A stretch of 64,000 nt of DNA from Mobula birostris (taxonomy: Eukaryota). The position numbers and the translations under genes are program-made. The stretch is from NCBI RefSeq assembly GCF_030028105.1, contig NC_092400.1:13578001-13642000 (forward strand), read 5' to 3'. A model generated the notes under the pieces. The model saw only the letters and a program-made list of their open reading frames with translations. It was not told the origin of the DNA and did no database searches. Shown here piece after piece: positions 37,101 through 48,900 of this stretch. The first letter of the stretch is position 1. Each line of letters begins with the position of its first letter.

Positions 37101-40100
37101 AGCGGCCCCTGAATTGTCTGCAAATAGTTACTGGCTCGCTTGTCTGCATCCTGGTATTTAAATCAGGCTATTGTAAGAATAATTTGCCTTAAACCTTGTT
37201 AGCATAGTGATCCGAATATCAAAAAGAGATCTCGGAAAGGGCAGCCCAAACTGGAGTGGTTCTGGTTGAGATTTGACATCTCACTGAGAAGTACAGTTGG
37301 TTCTCAATCTTGAACATTTTGAACTAATACTATCCGGGAGGGGACATTTTTTTGGGTTTTTTTGTCCAAAAATGAAACATCTGCACGGGGGGGGTGGGGG
37401 AATGAATTTGCGTAACTAATGCTTTCGTATTTTGCTGTTGGTTTTCCATCCTCACTGCTGACTCATTGAGATAATTCACCCCAGATGTTCATTTTTTTTC
37501 CAGATGTTTTATTGTTGAAAGTGCAGAGGATTTTAAAATTGTACATGACAAAAAAAAAGTTGGTCTTTAGTTTGGCTGTGTCAAGTTGCAGATGTGCTTT
37601 GAGCATGACTATTGAGGTCATTGGACTGATTTTGGAAAGCGCTAATACAGGATTTGGAAACTAGCTGGTTTTGAATGTTGCTAACGGAGTGACACGGTAG
37701 CGTAGAGGTTGGCAAACGCTTTACTGTACAAGCGACCCAGGTTCAATTCCCTTCACTGCCTGTAAGCAGTTTGTACATTCTCCCTGTGACTGCATGTGTT
37801 TCCGGGTGCCCTCCCAGTCTAAAGACGTGCTGGCTGGTAGGTTAATTGGTTATTGTAAGTTGTCCCATCATTAGGCTGGGATTAAATAGGGGGATTGTTG
37901 AGCGGTGTGGCTCTAAGGGCTGGAAAGGCCTGTTCCACACAGTATTTTAATAAATAAAGAATTTAAAATATAGCTCCTGGAAAGTTGAAAAATAATTTTA
38001 GTTGAATATCTATACTTCCATGTGCCATATTGTTCTATATTGTTGTCAATGATTTTAAAATGGAAACCTTTTGAATGGAGACTCTGCTTTTAACCATTCC
38101 AGGCTGAACTTTATGGCTTAATGCTCTGTTGGGCAACAGAGCTATTTAGATCTGACAAATAGTAAATTCAGACTGTGGTTTCTTGTCTTGGTCTCCATTT
38201 TCAATGGAGAATAAATTGGGTGTGAGGTCACCTTGCTGGTATCCATTAGGTAAATAGTTATTTTTCCCTTTGTACACTAAACGTTTAGTCTTGACGCAAA
38301 TATATTCTGGGCAAAATAAATGTGAAGAGTGCAAGAGCAGCGCAGTGGTGCAGCTAGTAGAGTTGTTGCATAACACTTCGGAGACCAAGAGCCAATCCTG
38401 ACTACCCATGAGGAGCTTGTTCTTCCTCTGACTGGGTTTTCCCCAGGTACTTTGGTTTCCTCTTTTATCCCAAAGACACGGGTTCAAAGGATAATTGCCT
38501 TAAGCATGGGTGGGTGGGAGAATCTTTGTAGGGGAAGGGGGGCCTGATTCAGTGGGAATATAGGTGAATAAAGTGAACTACATATGTGGTTGGTATGGAC
38601 CTGTGGTCTTAAGGCCTTGTTTCTGTTTCTCTGATTCTGCTCTGAAACAAATAGAATCCTTTCCCCCATGAAGTAACACATGGACTTGTGTCAGATTTGA
38701 TCATGGCACGGAGTCACTGTCCCTGCTTTATCCTGGATACTGTCCTTTGCAGAACTTTTCAATGAATGAATTCTCATTTCTGTAAGGCTTACTGGGATTG
38801 TTTTGTATTTTCTGTCCAGCAGGACGTGGGGACTGCCTTGGACTTGGCAGAGTGTGTGGGGTGGGGTGGGAGGAAAATGCATATTCCAAAAAAAAAAGGG
38901 GTTTGCATAGCATACTGATATAGGGGATTGGTTTAGAGCAAACTGGAATAACTGGTCATTTCCTGGTGGGTGCAGCATTTAGTAGTGTACCCCAAAAGCG
39001 TACAATAGGGTAATTGTTGCTTGGAAAGCCTGGTTTACTAACTTTATTTGGAGAAGGAAATTTGCCATCCTTGTTGGGTTATGTAATTCGAGACCTTGAT
39101 GTAATTAACAGTCAACACCTGAGGTCTCAAAGGCAACTTGACTCAAGGCAAGGATGTATGATAGCAACAGTCCACTTACCGTAATTAATTTATTCTTCTT
39201 GGGGATTAACACAGTTTCCTTACACAGGGCTCCAAGATGACAGCTGAAGTACCATTTGGGCTTCTGTGTCTGAAGGACAAACGTGTTTTTTGGGCTTGTC
39301 TTGTGTGCTTCATGTATTTGTTTTAAGCACAAATTTACCCTCTGGTACACGAAATTTGCCTTATGAAGAGTAAGGCGGACCCACAGCCTAATTTGGATTG
39401 TAAATTTATGAAACTATAATGCTGAGGTTTGGGAAGGCTTGGTGAGTATAATCAAAACAAGTTTGGATACTCAAGGATCTGAACACATGATTATCAGATG
39501 GAAAGCTGAACACCAGGCAAGGTTATTTGTGCAATAGTAGAACCGGTTTGATTGGGAATGGAGAAATGGGTGTATCTTAATGGCCAATTGCTGTTTCTTC
39601 TTGTAGATATAAAATGGTATTTTGTCATTGAGCTTTAATATGCTGCACTAGTCATTAATTATATGATCCATTTCTAATTTATATATTCTTACAGCAGTAT
39701 TGTTTTCATGTGAGATCGCTTAACTTTTTTGGTTAGATGGATTACTACTCATCCATGGCCACCTTCCTGTATGGAGTCTTACTCTGGTGATTTCGTTGAT
39801 CTTGGCATCTATAGTTTTCTTCTCAACAAAGAATGAGGAACCACCAAAGTTTCACTGTGTAAGCTATCAATCCAGATTTTTATAAAGCTGCTTTTTGAAT
39901 GATTGTGTATTATACAATACTGAGGCAGTATTTGATTTCCATGTTGAGACTTGGCTCCAATCTAAATATCCACCAGATGGCTTTACTCATGTTTTCCCAG
40001 TTGCATTCTTAAAAATTCCTTCTCTGTTGGAGGAAGTCAGTGCAATCTTTACAAACACAACCTGAGGGTCTCTGCCTGAAACTTCAGCAGTTTACTTTTT

Positions 40101-43100
40101 TTTTCCATGGGTGCTACCTGGCCTGCTGAGTTCCTCTAACGTTTTGTATGTGTTGTTTGGATTTCCAGCATCTGCACGGTTTCTTGTGTTTGTAACATAA
40201 CCAGTTCCTTGCTGGAATCTGGAAATGTCTGTGAATTTGGAAATGCCTGCAATTCAGGAAATGAGCTCCAAACCCTGCAACAAAGTTGTGGTCCTCTTGC
40301 AGGAAATTACAATGAGTTGGTGGCAAATTTTTATAGTGCAACAATTTACCTTGGTGTTCATTGTTAATTCATTTTGTCCTCTATTCAATAATGTTGTGTT
40401 ACTTTATCCTACATTTCAGCTTGATTTTTCTCAGCTCTAATTTAGACAGATTCTTGGTTTGTAGGTTTTTGTAGCCCTCCAGATATGTTGTTCTTGACCT
40501 ATTCCTTGTATTAATTATCCTTATGTTTTTAATCTTTTGAAAACTTCCAGTTTTTAATTTATTTCATTTGCAAATGTTACATTCAAATATCCACTTGACA
40601 AATCTTTTTGTACTTTTGGAATGCATTCGACAGAATCAAACTCTGACTTTCTATCCCCACTTTTGACCTTGTGCTGTCACTTAACATGTTAAAATTCATG
40701 ATTTTGGTTGGAATTGGACATGGATCAGTGCTTGTGTGAAGGCTTATGTACGACTTGCATTGCTCCAAAGTTGGAATCCAGTACATAGAGATCTGACAGA
40801 AATTTGTTTCATTTCAGGCATTTGCTTTTATTGGGTTTCTCTTCAGCATCGTATTGATCAACTGTATAGCCATTGAGATTGTCAATCTCTTGCGCTCCAT
40901 TGGAATAATTTTTAACCTAAGTAATACAGTACTGGGATTGACGTTACTTGCCTGGGGAAACAGTATCGGAGGTATGTTTAGTCTGGTTAGGGAGGCAATG
41001 ATGGCTGATTTACAATGGTCAGATTCTGATCAATATATTTGTAGCATGGTTGGGGGGGGGTGAGGACATAAGTTCTTGAAGTACACAGCATCTTAAATAT
41101 GGAATAAGGTGACTTAAGCCAATTTTTAATTTGTGTGTGAGGTTGGGGGGAAGTTGCCCTTTAACCATGGATTTGCACCCTCCCAGACACTTGCCTTTGG
41201 GTAAGGCAGTCAGATGCAGAATCAGGAAGAGGAATTGCATTTTTTTTTGTGCTTGCAGTTTCATTTCTTGGGGGGGGGGGTGGGAATAATGCACAAATGT
41301 TGAATTTCTATAATGCCGCAGTACGTATCAAATTTGAATTTGATATGTTCATGGGGGGGGGGGGAATGAGCTTGAGACTGGTTTCCTGTGACATTTTCTT
41401 ATTTTTCAGATTTGTTCTCTGACATCACAGTAGCCCGACAAGGATATCCACGTATGGCTATTGCTGCGTGCTTTGGTGGGATAATATTTAGTATCCTTTT
41501 TGTTTTGGGGGCATCTGTATTTGGATTCTAAAGTCTGTTCAAAGTTGTATGGTTCCTTAATTCAATTGTAGACATGTTGTTTGGTATAGGCCTAAGCTCT
41601 CTAATTCAAATGCCCTACAACAATAATGTTCTTGAGGTATGTGTCAATCCCTGCTTTGAACACACATTGTACCTTGTCTCTATGTTTTTGAAAAGAAGAT
41701 GTAAACTGGTTTTAACCTCACATTGTCTTCCATCATAAATTTGAAACTCTTGTGTGCGTGAGGTAGAATCGATAGGTATATCATAGGAGGGGAGATATGA
41801 GCAATGGGCTGGTCAAAATTTAGAACAACTCAATTTGGGATATTTAAAATTTAGGGCAAAATTGGATTAGGATCAAGCGGGTACAGGACTTCCAAACTAG
41901 GGCAAAGGGCAAATGGGACTTGGTTTGGAATAAAATGTGATCAGTAGCATTCAGATTGATCAGAAGTTGAGTATGGAATGGAAGTCATGATCCCAGTGGT
42001 ATCCTCCAGGGGAATAAAAGTCACTTGAGACAAGTTTTCGTGTTTACCAAGGTATTAGTATTACCCAAAGGAAATGGTTGGTGGCCCTGCTCTAGTTAAA
42101 ACTGTTCAAGATAAGAGCAGCGTACTGGAAAAGGAGTGCTGATTGGTAGGTGGCTTCTGGAAATGCTTCTCAATAGATTGATGGAAGGTTAAACAAGGCT
42201 AACTTTGCGAACGCAGTCAAAGAAAGGGGAGAGCTAGGTATAATAAAAGCTGTTCCCATGACTTTGGATGATGCAAGCTTTGTAGATGAAGAGGGGTCGA
42301 GGATGAAACAGTTGTGAGTGGAACTAATGGAGGAAGTGGACATTAATGGAAGTACTATGTCTAATTAAAAATGGAATGAGCAAAGGGGGACAATATCAAA
42401 TGGGTCTTGAGTAGCAATTGAAGTAAGCAGTGAAAAATATTTTGATCCTATAGATTGAAACTGTGGATTAAAATGAATGTTATGCCCCTATGGATTAGGT
42501 GTGACATTCAAAAGTGTTATTTCCTGAACTTGGGGTTGACGATATAATTCACCTTAACATGACTGAATCATTTAAAGTGGTTCAATTTAATATCAGAATG
42601 TATACAGTATACAACCTGAAATTCTTACTCTTCAGAGATGTCCACAAAACAAGGAACCCAAAAGAATGAATGATGGTAATATATCAAAGTCCCCCTCCCA
42701 TGCACATGCTGCAGAAGCATTGACCCTTCCCTTCCCCCTCACCCCCCTCCCACTTGCACCAGCAGAAACACCACCCCAGCATGCAAGCAACAGCAAAGCC
42801 CCCAAAGGGACCTTGATCTTGAGTCCATCAAAAGCTACAGTTCATAACCAAGCACCTCGGTATCTCAGCTATAGTTGGTTACATCTGTTGAATATTGCAG
42901 CTGCATTCACTGAATGGTTTCAAAGTTGGATACTGGCAGTAAATTAACTTTTTAAGTGAATGATGTGTCTTTAAATTTGGTAGATTTGAAATGGCTTATT
43001 GCCTTAGCTGTCAATTGCTAGGATTTTTGTATTGGATAGACATGCTTAATAACTGCGTCATGATGTCTCTGGCAGAGTTCCTCGTAACAAACCATGATCA

Positions 43101-43428
43101 ATGGATAAAATCCTTAAGTTTGGTTCATATCCAAAGGAAAATATGATTGTACACTAAAACATCTTCAACAGCCTAGTTGGTTTATAGTAGTAAATTTTGG
43201 CAATAGTAGAAATTTATATAATTCATTTTTCTCCCTCAGATCAAACGTGACAGCCTCCTGGATTGGATTCTAGTTGGATCACTGGGCTTAAGTCTTGTAA
43301 TGTCCTTCGTATTAATCCCACTTCAAGGTTTTAAATTCACACGGGCATATGGCATTGTTCTTATTTCATTTTATATATTATTTGTTATGATTGCACTATT
43401 GACTGAAGCTGAAATTATACATATTTAA
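12935..43428 (+). CDS. SLC8B1: SLC8B1 (NCLX, Na+/Li+/Ca2+ exchanger), 15 coding exons, 1794 nt, 597 aa
   Basis: Exons 12935-13132, 16673-16825, 20928-20980, 21801-21858, 26623-26728, 34123-34290, 34411-34521, 35493-35549, 35852-35988, 37031-37172, 39737-39858, 40818-40971, 41410-41490, 41572-41636, 43240-43428 join in one open frame. Alpha-1 GVTFLAFGNGAPDLFS and alpha-2 LTLLAWGNSIGDLFSD repeats are intact. Synteny with PLBD2 and TPCN1 fits. Confidence 0.95.
15160..15556 (+). mobile_element. CR1-like LINE 3' end (related copies near 2020-2290, 36010-36170, 46925-47325, 48640-49255, 52765-52960, 60840-61325)
   Basis: [26 protein letters not shown] motif and a short-repeat tail. Confidence 0.85.
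15985..16580 (+). mobile_element. Rex/Babar-like LINE fragment (related copies near 1250-1620, 2920-3460, 13560-13900, 25650-26170)
   Basis: FYRCEVESVLTGCI motif and a shared 3' end ...ataaattttact..gaac. Confidence 0.75.
16673..16825 (+). CDS. SLC8B1: SLC8B1 coding exon 2
   Basis: ag|CHNVVQLNGSQWCSFVKTTEDC...LLPLAIILY|gtaagt. Confidence 0.93.
17238..17533 (-). mobile_element. tRNA-derived SINE (second copy 33279-33578, fragment ~27315-27435)
   Basis: On -: A box GTGGCCAAGTGG, B box GAGTTCGAGCC, CORE-like GTGTCCTTGAGCAAGGCACTTAA. Confidence 0.8.
17650..19830 (-). mobile_element. Old CR1-like LINE (ORF1 esterase end plus degraded ORF2)
   Basis: LHPNWRGINIVA..FAS...EGLN (ORF1-like) and LERVQKRFT (ORF2) on -. 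Confidence 0.65.
20022..20240. mobile_element. Penelope-like inverted terminal structure with hammerhead-like motif
   Basis: Arms aaaatgctggaggaactcagcaggtcaggcagcatctatgg and its reverse complement flank CAGTC-CTGATGA...GAAA-GGTC-GACTG. Confidence 0.7.
20928..20980 (+). CDS. SLC8B1: SLC8B1 coding exon 3
   Basis: acag|AVWLFYLFMFLGITAEK(F)|gtaagt. Confidence 0.93.
21801..21858 (+). CDS. SLC8B1: SLC8B1 coding exon 4
   Basis: ccag|FCPNLAAISTSLKLSHNVA|gtatccttt (U12 donor). Confidence 0.94.
22571..23110 (-). mobile_element. Rex/Babar-like LINE fragment (internally deleted)
   Basis: [32 protein letters not shown] on -; tail at 22571. Confidence 0.85.
23160..24160 (+). mobile_element. Rex/Babar-like LINE 3' fragment
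   Basis: RT motifs LSPLLYSLYTHDC and FADD, the C-terminal motif, and a ctgattctgat tail. Confidence 0.9.
26623..26728 (+). CDS. SLC8B1: SLC8B1 coding exon 5 (alpha-1 repeat)
   Basis: GVTFLAFGNGAPDLFSAIAAFSDSRTASLAIGALF G|gtaagt. Confidence 0.94.
28430..31345 (+). mobile_element. CR1-like LINE ORF2 remnant nested in the Gypsy element
   Basis: SDHFAI, KSPGPD, KFVDDTKIGG and WNELP motifs; many disablements. Confidence 0.88.
29766..30456 (-). mobile_element. ~690-bp non-coding LINE-derived element nested in CR1
   Basis: Splits the CR1 RT. On - it starts GC-rich AAGATGGCGG and ends AATGACAATAAA...ATAATCTAA. Confidence 0.6.
33279..33578 (-). mobile_element. tRNA-derived SINE
   Basis: Near-identical to 17238-17533. 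Confidence 0.8.
34123..34290 (+). CDS. SLC8B1: SLC8B1 coding exon 6
   Basis: gcag|(G)AGIFVTTVVAGG...RPFLRDVIFY...QAL G|gtgaga. Confidence 0.94.
34411..34521 (+). CDS. SLC8B1: SLC8B1 coding exon 7
   Basis: acag|(G)YLALYAVYVLVVIVSSIIYKK...HPE|gtaagt. Confidence 0.92.
35049..35117. mobile_element. Tiny Tc1/mariner-like MITE
   Basis: Imperfect TIRs cagtactatgcaaaagttttagacac / gtgctgaagacttttacacaatattg. A related remnant lies at ~34600-34680. Confidence 0.5.
35493..35549 (+). CDS. SLC8B1: SLC8B1 coding exon 8
   Basis: ccag|(I)CDTEDAVPTCTRRFMHED|gtaagc, phase 1/1. Confidence 0.75.
35852..35988 (+). CDS. SLC8B1: SLC8B1 coding exon 9
   Basis: tcag|(S)SEYQSLI...LNPIDLQKWRRK...CLK|gtaatt. Confidence 0.9.
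37031..37172 (+). CDS. SLC8B1: SLC8B1 coding exon 10
   Basis: tcag|LPIEFLLLLCVPVVDFDQDDHNWKRPLNCLQ...SGY|gtaaga. Confidence 0.94.
39737..39858 (+). CDS. SLC8B1: SLC8B1 coding exon 11
   Basis: ttag|(Y)GLLLIHGHLPVW...NEEPPKFHC|gtaagc. Confidence 0.92.
40818..40971 (+). CDS. SLC8B1: SLC8B1 coding exon 12 (alpha-2 repeat)
   Basis: tcag|AFAFIGFL...LSNTVLGLTLLAWGNSIG|gtatgt. Confidence 0.95.
41410..41490 (+). CDS. SLC8B1: SLC8B1 coding exon 13
   Basis: tcag|(D)LFSDITVARQGYPRMAIAACFGGIIF|gtatccttt. Confidence 0.95.
41491..41571 (+). other. SLC8B1: U12-type GT-AG intron (81 nt)
   Basis: Donor GTATCCTTT, branch TTCCTTAAT at 41553-41561, TAG acceptor, no polypyrimidine tract. Confidence 0.92.
41572..41636 (+). 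CDS. SLC8B1: SLC8B1 coding exon 14
   Basis: tag|(N)MLFGIGLSSLIQMPYNNNVLE|gtatgt. Confidence 0.92.
43240..43428 (+). CDS. SLC8B1: SLC8B1 last coding exon
   Basis: tcag|IKRDSLLDWILVGSLGLSL...YGIVL...ALLTEAEIIHI*. Confidence 0.93.
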   Translation: MKRDSLLDWILVGSLGLSLVMSFVLIPLQGFKFTRAYGIVLISFYILFVMIALLTEAEIIHI

Positions 43429-44144
43429 AATAAGGCTTCCCTTGAATGAGTTATTGTAAATTGTTCCAGCACATATTGTACACAGATTTGTTTAAATTAT
43501 AGTATTGTCAGATAACTAAACTATAAATGAAAGGTGGATGGGAAAGGTACTGAATAGAATTTGCACATTACTTTGACTTCATATCTCTTGTTCAACAGAA
43601 TTGCCAGTTTGTTTTGATGTTTCTATGTCCATGAGATTTAAGAGAAGTAAATTCAAGTATTCTATGAAATAAGGCTGCTTCACTTGATTATGGACCATAA
43701 ATCACTGAGCACTAGTGGAATGCAAGGACCCTTGCTACTTTTGCAAGGCTTAAACTTTTTTCCCCACCCCCTTACAGAGCATCTGCTTTCGCCACAAGCT
43801 TTTATTACTGAAGCTGGAATTCAGTCACTCACTTGGATTAGGTGAGGGTTGGGGCAGATCTCCTGATCTTGCACTTCACTAGTTAAAGAACTCTGATTAA
43901 TTAGGCACTTTTTTTTGCACTGTTGTAGTTAACTTAAAAAAAAAGCTTGACATTTCAAAGGGAAATGAATTTTCAATTAAGATTTTTCTGTAGAGCAGGG
44001 GTTCCCAACCCTTTTTTTAATGCCAGTGACTTTTACTGCACGGGTTCCCGTTAATAGTATAGAGTTTGTGCAGCCTGTGCACCATGCTTGAATTCAGTAC
44101 TAAATTTCATGATAAATTGCTGTTGTACAGTTTTTTGCTTGTGA

Positions 44145-44150
44145 AATAAA
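44145..44150 (+). terminator. Candidate SLC8B1 polyadenylation signal
   Basis: AATAAA about 720 nt after the stop, followed by GT/T-rich sequence. Confidence 0.5.
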
Positions 44151-45715
44151 TGTTATTTAAGTGTTTCCACATAACTATCAGTTGGTGTTTGATGCATCTT
44201 TATTTTCTATTTCTGCAAGATGAGGTGAATTCATTTATTTTTAAACAAAGCACTTTGGATGGAGCTTGGATTTCCACACTTTTTTTGAGAATTAGATGTA
44301 AGATCACAACATAATGCTATGGGTGGTGTGAACAAATTTCTTTCCCTCTTCTTCCATCCCACCACCACCACCTTAATTACACCAATGGGATAGTTGTCTT
44401 TTTAAAATGTAATTGCTGTTGTTGGAAGTCTTGAAGTGTCGTTTAAGATATTGGAGATAGTCATTATCTGCAGAGAAAAGCAGTAAATATTTCTGGTCAA
44501 TGGCATTTTTTTGTGTATAGTCGGTGAATTTTGGGTTGCTTGAATATTTAAATCTAAGTGGCTTAACATTTGTGCAAGAAATTTTGAAGTTTCAGATATG
44601 GTTGATTCTTGCTTTCCACAATTTGGCTAATGCTTTACTGGATAAAGCATTAAAAACCTCTCTGGGATGCATTGTTTGGTCTAGGTAATTGGTATATACC
44701 ACTATGCGCAAGTCTCCAACCAAAAGCTTAGTTAGCAGTTGCTGTCTAATAGTTTTCATAATATTCCACCTCCTTTCCAGCACTCCTTGCTAATAATAGT
44801 ACTTGGAATCCCAATTAGAATGGTTAAAAGCACTGGAACATAGCACTCTACCCAGATTTTTTTTTTTGGCTTATTCTCTTTCTGGAGTGCTTCTGTCCCT
44901 CCTTTCTTCACTCTACTAATGCTGATTTCAGCACCTAGTGGCTTTCCCTCTCCAACAGTGTGAAGAATAAAATTTCCCCATTTGAATACAAGAGTCCATC
45001 ATTAACTAGAACCAGCCTGTATGAACCCTTGAGCTTTGATTGCTGGCCTGCTAATGGGCATTTTAAGATTTGAGATTATTCTCCCAGGAGGGTAGATGGA
45101 GAGAACATGTTTTCCCCTCTCAAGTCCCCCTTTAATTACATTGTAACATTGGTAATAAAATCACACAATAAGTTGAGTTATCTTGCAAACGTGCAGTATC
45201 AATATGCTGCACTGTCTTGTGTTTTTTTTATATAAGCAGATGCATACTGAAAATCAAGTGGCTATCCATTCTCAGATCTGTATCCCTATATCCCTGATAA
45301 GAGTATTAACAAACAAACTTCAATGAGATATGAGTGGAGATTGACCAAGTTTATTGCTGTGAGATAGATTTCAGGAACCTCTGCAGGTGGAGGGGTGAAT
45401 TCCAGTAGGAAACTGGATTGCAAAGGGACAGTCTGGTTAAGCCATAGATGCTAATGGTAGAATGTTTAAATTATTGTTTGTAATCACGAAATTCAGCGGA
45501 GCTTTACAGGCTTGTTAAGTCAGATGGATTTTTTAACGTTTGGAAATGAGGAAACTGACTTAAGCACACTTTGTAGAGCATTTTTATTTTGAATTACAGT
45601 ACTCTGAAATCTAAATTACAAATTCAACTTAATTGCAGTAAAATACAGCTTTAATACACATACCAAATTTGAATGAGTGCAGATAAAGGAAAATAGGCAG
45701 CATACTATTTTAATA

Positions 45716-45955
45716 ACGCAAACAACAGGAATTCTGCAGATGCTGGAGATTCAAGCAACACACATCAAAGTTGCTGGTGAACGCAGCAGGCCAGGCAGCA
45801 TCTCTAGGAAGAGGTACAGTCGACGTTTCAGGCCGAGACCCTTCGAAGGGTCTCATGGGACAATCTAACTATTCTATATAGACATGCATGATCAAGCTTG
45901 TAATTCACTTTGAAAACCTGAGAAGAGGAGCTCCAATTTACAACTTTGATGTGTG
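45716..45955 (-). mobile_element. Truncated Penelope-like insertion with captured host DNA, 14-bp TSD
   Basis: TSD ATACTATTTTAATA at 45702-45715 and 45956-45969. 45853-45943 is identical to 46548-46638. Confidence 0.8.
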
Positions 45956-48900
45956 ATACTATTTTAATATTCTGGATAACCTTGAAAATAAACCAAAACT
46001 GTTAATGTCTGTAAGGTTATCGTTAATATTTTGCACATCTACTTGAATTAATCTTTTTTGTCAGCATCTGCCTGGCCAGGTATTTCTTTCTGTATGTGCA
46101 GTGCTATTCCAGGTTCAGACACAGTGTTTAAGTTAAAAATTGAATTGGTTTGAACTGTCACATTGGTGAAAATGTTATTGTCCAGATTTATGGCTGTTGC
46201 CTATTTTTGATGTAAATTTGAGAAAATAGTAAGCTTGGTCCCTGGAATCTTGAGTCAAATAATGCTCGAGTATTATTTTTTTTCTGTTTTGCTGCATTTT
46301 TGGCAGTCTACAAGAATATTTTGTTACTGCTACTGTCAGAGAGTTCCATCGTTAAATGGAAAAATATGCCTACAATGAGAATTAAGCTGAAATTAAAATG
46401 TAAGCAGAGGGCACTGAAGAGAAATTACTTAAAACACAGTAGCCAAAGACAATTCAAATAATCTTCTGTTTTCTCCTTTTGAAACTACAACAGGTAACAA
46501 CTCCTTGATCACTCAACAAATGTTATATATTGATGTAATATAATTATTCATGGGACAATCTAACTATTCTATATAGACATGCATGATCAAGCTTGTAATT
46601 CACTTTGAAAACCTGAGAAGAGGAGCTCCAATTTACAAAAATAAACTCTAATTACTTTCTGCATAAAATTAGTGCACTTGTTTCTTTGTTTTATTACAAA
46701 AACACAATTTGGTGAACATTGGAACTCTGAAAACAAATGCAGGAATTAGTTTGGTCAGCCAGGTTAGATTAAGTCCAAGTATTTTTTGTTAAAGAGAGAT
46801 TGATGGCCTAATCTAAAAGATTAGCTCATTCTCTCAATTTTAATTAATGTGAATAGTTCAACATTGCAATGGTTGGTCTGTCAAATGCTGCCGACTTGGT
46901 GTACTATATGAGAAGTGTTTGAGGGCTCTGGGTCTGTACTCAGTTTAAAAGGATGACAGGGGATCTCATTGAAACCTATTGAATATTAAAGGGACTAGAA
47001 TGGACACAAATAAGTTTCCAATAGTGGGAGAGTTTAGGACCAGAGGTCACAGCCTCAGATAGAAGAACATCCCTTTCGAACAGAGATGAGGAGGAATTCT
47101 TTAGCCAGAGGGTGTTGAATTCATTGCCATAGACAGCTGTTGAGCATGTCTCATTGGGTATATTTAAAGTGGAAGTTGATGGATTCTCGAATAGTAAGGG
47201 AGTCAAAAGTTACAGGGAGAAGTTAGGAGAGTGGGTTTGAGAGAGAAAATAAATTAGCCATAATCGCATGGCAGAGTGACTCAGTGGGCCAAATGGCCTA
47301 ACCCTGTTCTTGTGTTTTATTCTCATTAAACTCCTCAAATAAAAACTTATAAATTGTTATCACTAAACTATAGCACATATTTAAATGCTTAATATGTACA
47401 AACCCAACTGTAATTTTAAGGAATAACCAGACAATTATTAGAATTGTGCTTTTTAGTTTAGTGTGGGGCTAGCCCTCTAGACCTTGGGTCAACTTTTGCA
47501 AGTTTTGGTTCTCTGCAGGAGAAGAATGGAAATTAAAATTTGATGTATGTAAGTACATAATTAAATATTAATAGCATTCATTTACCATTGAAATTTGTTT
47601 AAATATTTAAAGTTGAATTGCAGCTGAACTGATCCTTTCAAGTGACAATATACAATATTACTTTGGGACTGCTGACATAGACAATGACTGGATTAATACT
47701 TGAGGTTAATAGTCTATCTATTGATATCAACAACAAATAGATACTACTACAGCAACTTCACAACGATGCTTAAAGCAGTATTTATCACATGGTGGATAAA
47801 CTACAAGGGTAGTTTTAATCTGTAATGTGTTCCTATTACAATAATTTTAAATTAAATCATTTTTCTATAAATGGTATAGACAAATTAGGCAGACAGAAAT
47901 CCTGTTCCCATTCAATATAGAATGCAAGTGACTCTCAAATGCGACATGAAGATTTTACATTGTGAGGTGAGAGATTGGAATCTGGAATACAAAACCAGGA
48001 TTAAATGATTCAAAAAGGAATTGGTAAGTATCCAAAAGGGAGAACATTTGCAGGGCCATGGGGATAAGGCAGAGGAGTGGGACCAACTAAATTGGTTTTG
48101 CATGGACTCCCCATAGCTCTTAATCAGATCAACAAGACTGTCGATGCTGGGACCTGGAAGCTTGAAAATAAAACAACAAACTGCAGGAGAGACTCAGCAG
48201 GGTAGCTAGCATCTGTGGAGGCAAAGGAATAGTCAATGATTCAAGTTGAGTCCCTGTGTCAGGACTGAGGGAGGATAACTAGTGTAAATGGGAGAGGGAC
48301 TGGTGAGGCAGTGGCTGGTAAGGTGATGACTGGAGTGAAGGATTGTGGGCAGATGGAGCCATGTGGCAGAGGGATAGAGTTGGGAGACTTCCTATGGGTG
48401 ATAGATGGAAACAGACAAAAGAAAAGGGCAAGAAGATCTTGTTTGGGGGTGGGTGAGGTAGAGTCAAGCTGGATGCACGAGAGGTGTGAATACTACATAA
48501 TCGACATCCTTCCTGAAACTAAGGTTATTCTTGGAAGACACCCTTTTAGTTTTTGTTACTATATGGCAGGAGTAAAGAAATTAGACCCACATCATTTTTT
48601 GTTTAAAAAAGGTATGTCTTTGCAATTACAATTTACATTATAAGGCAGTGGTCAGACTGCCTTTGGTGTACTGTGAGCAGATCTGGGCCTCTTGTTTAAG
48701 AAATGATGTGCTGGTATTGGAGCGGAACTGGTGGAAATTCATGAGAATGATCCTGGGAACGAAAGGGTTTATGTATGACAAGTATTTAATTGCTCTGGGC
48801 CTATGCTTGCTAGAATTTAGAAGACTGAGGGGGAATTTCATTAAAACCTATTGAATATTGAAAAGGCTAGATACTGGACATGTAGAACAGGTTGTTCACA

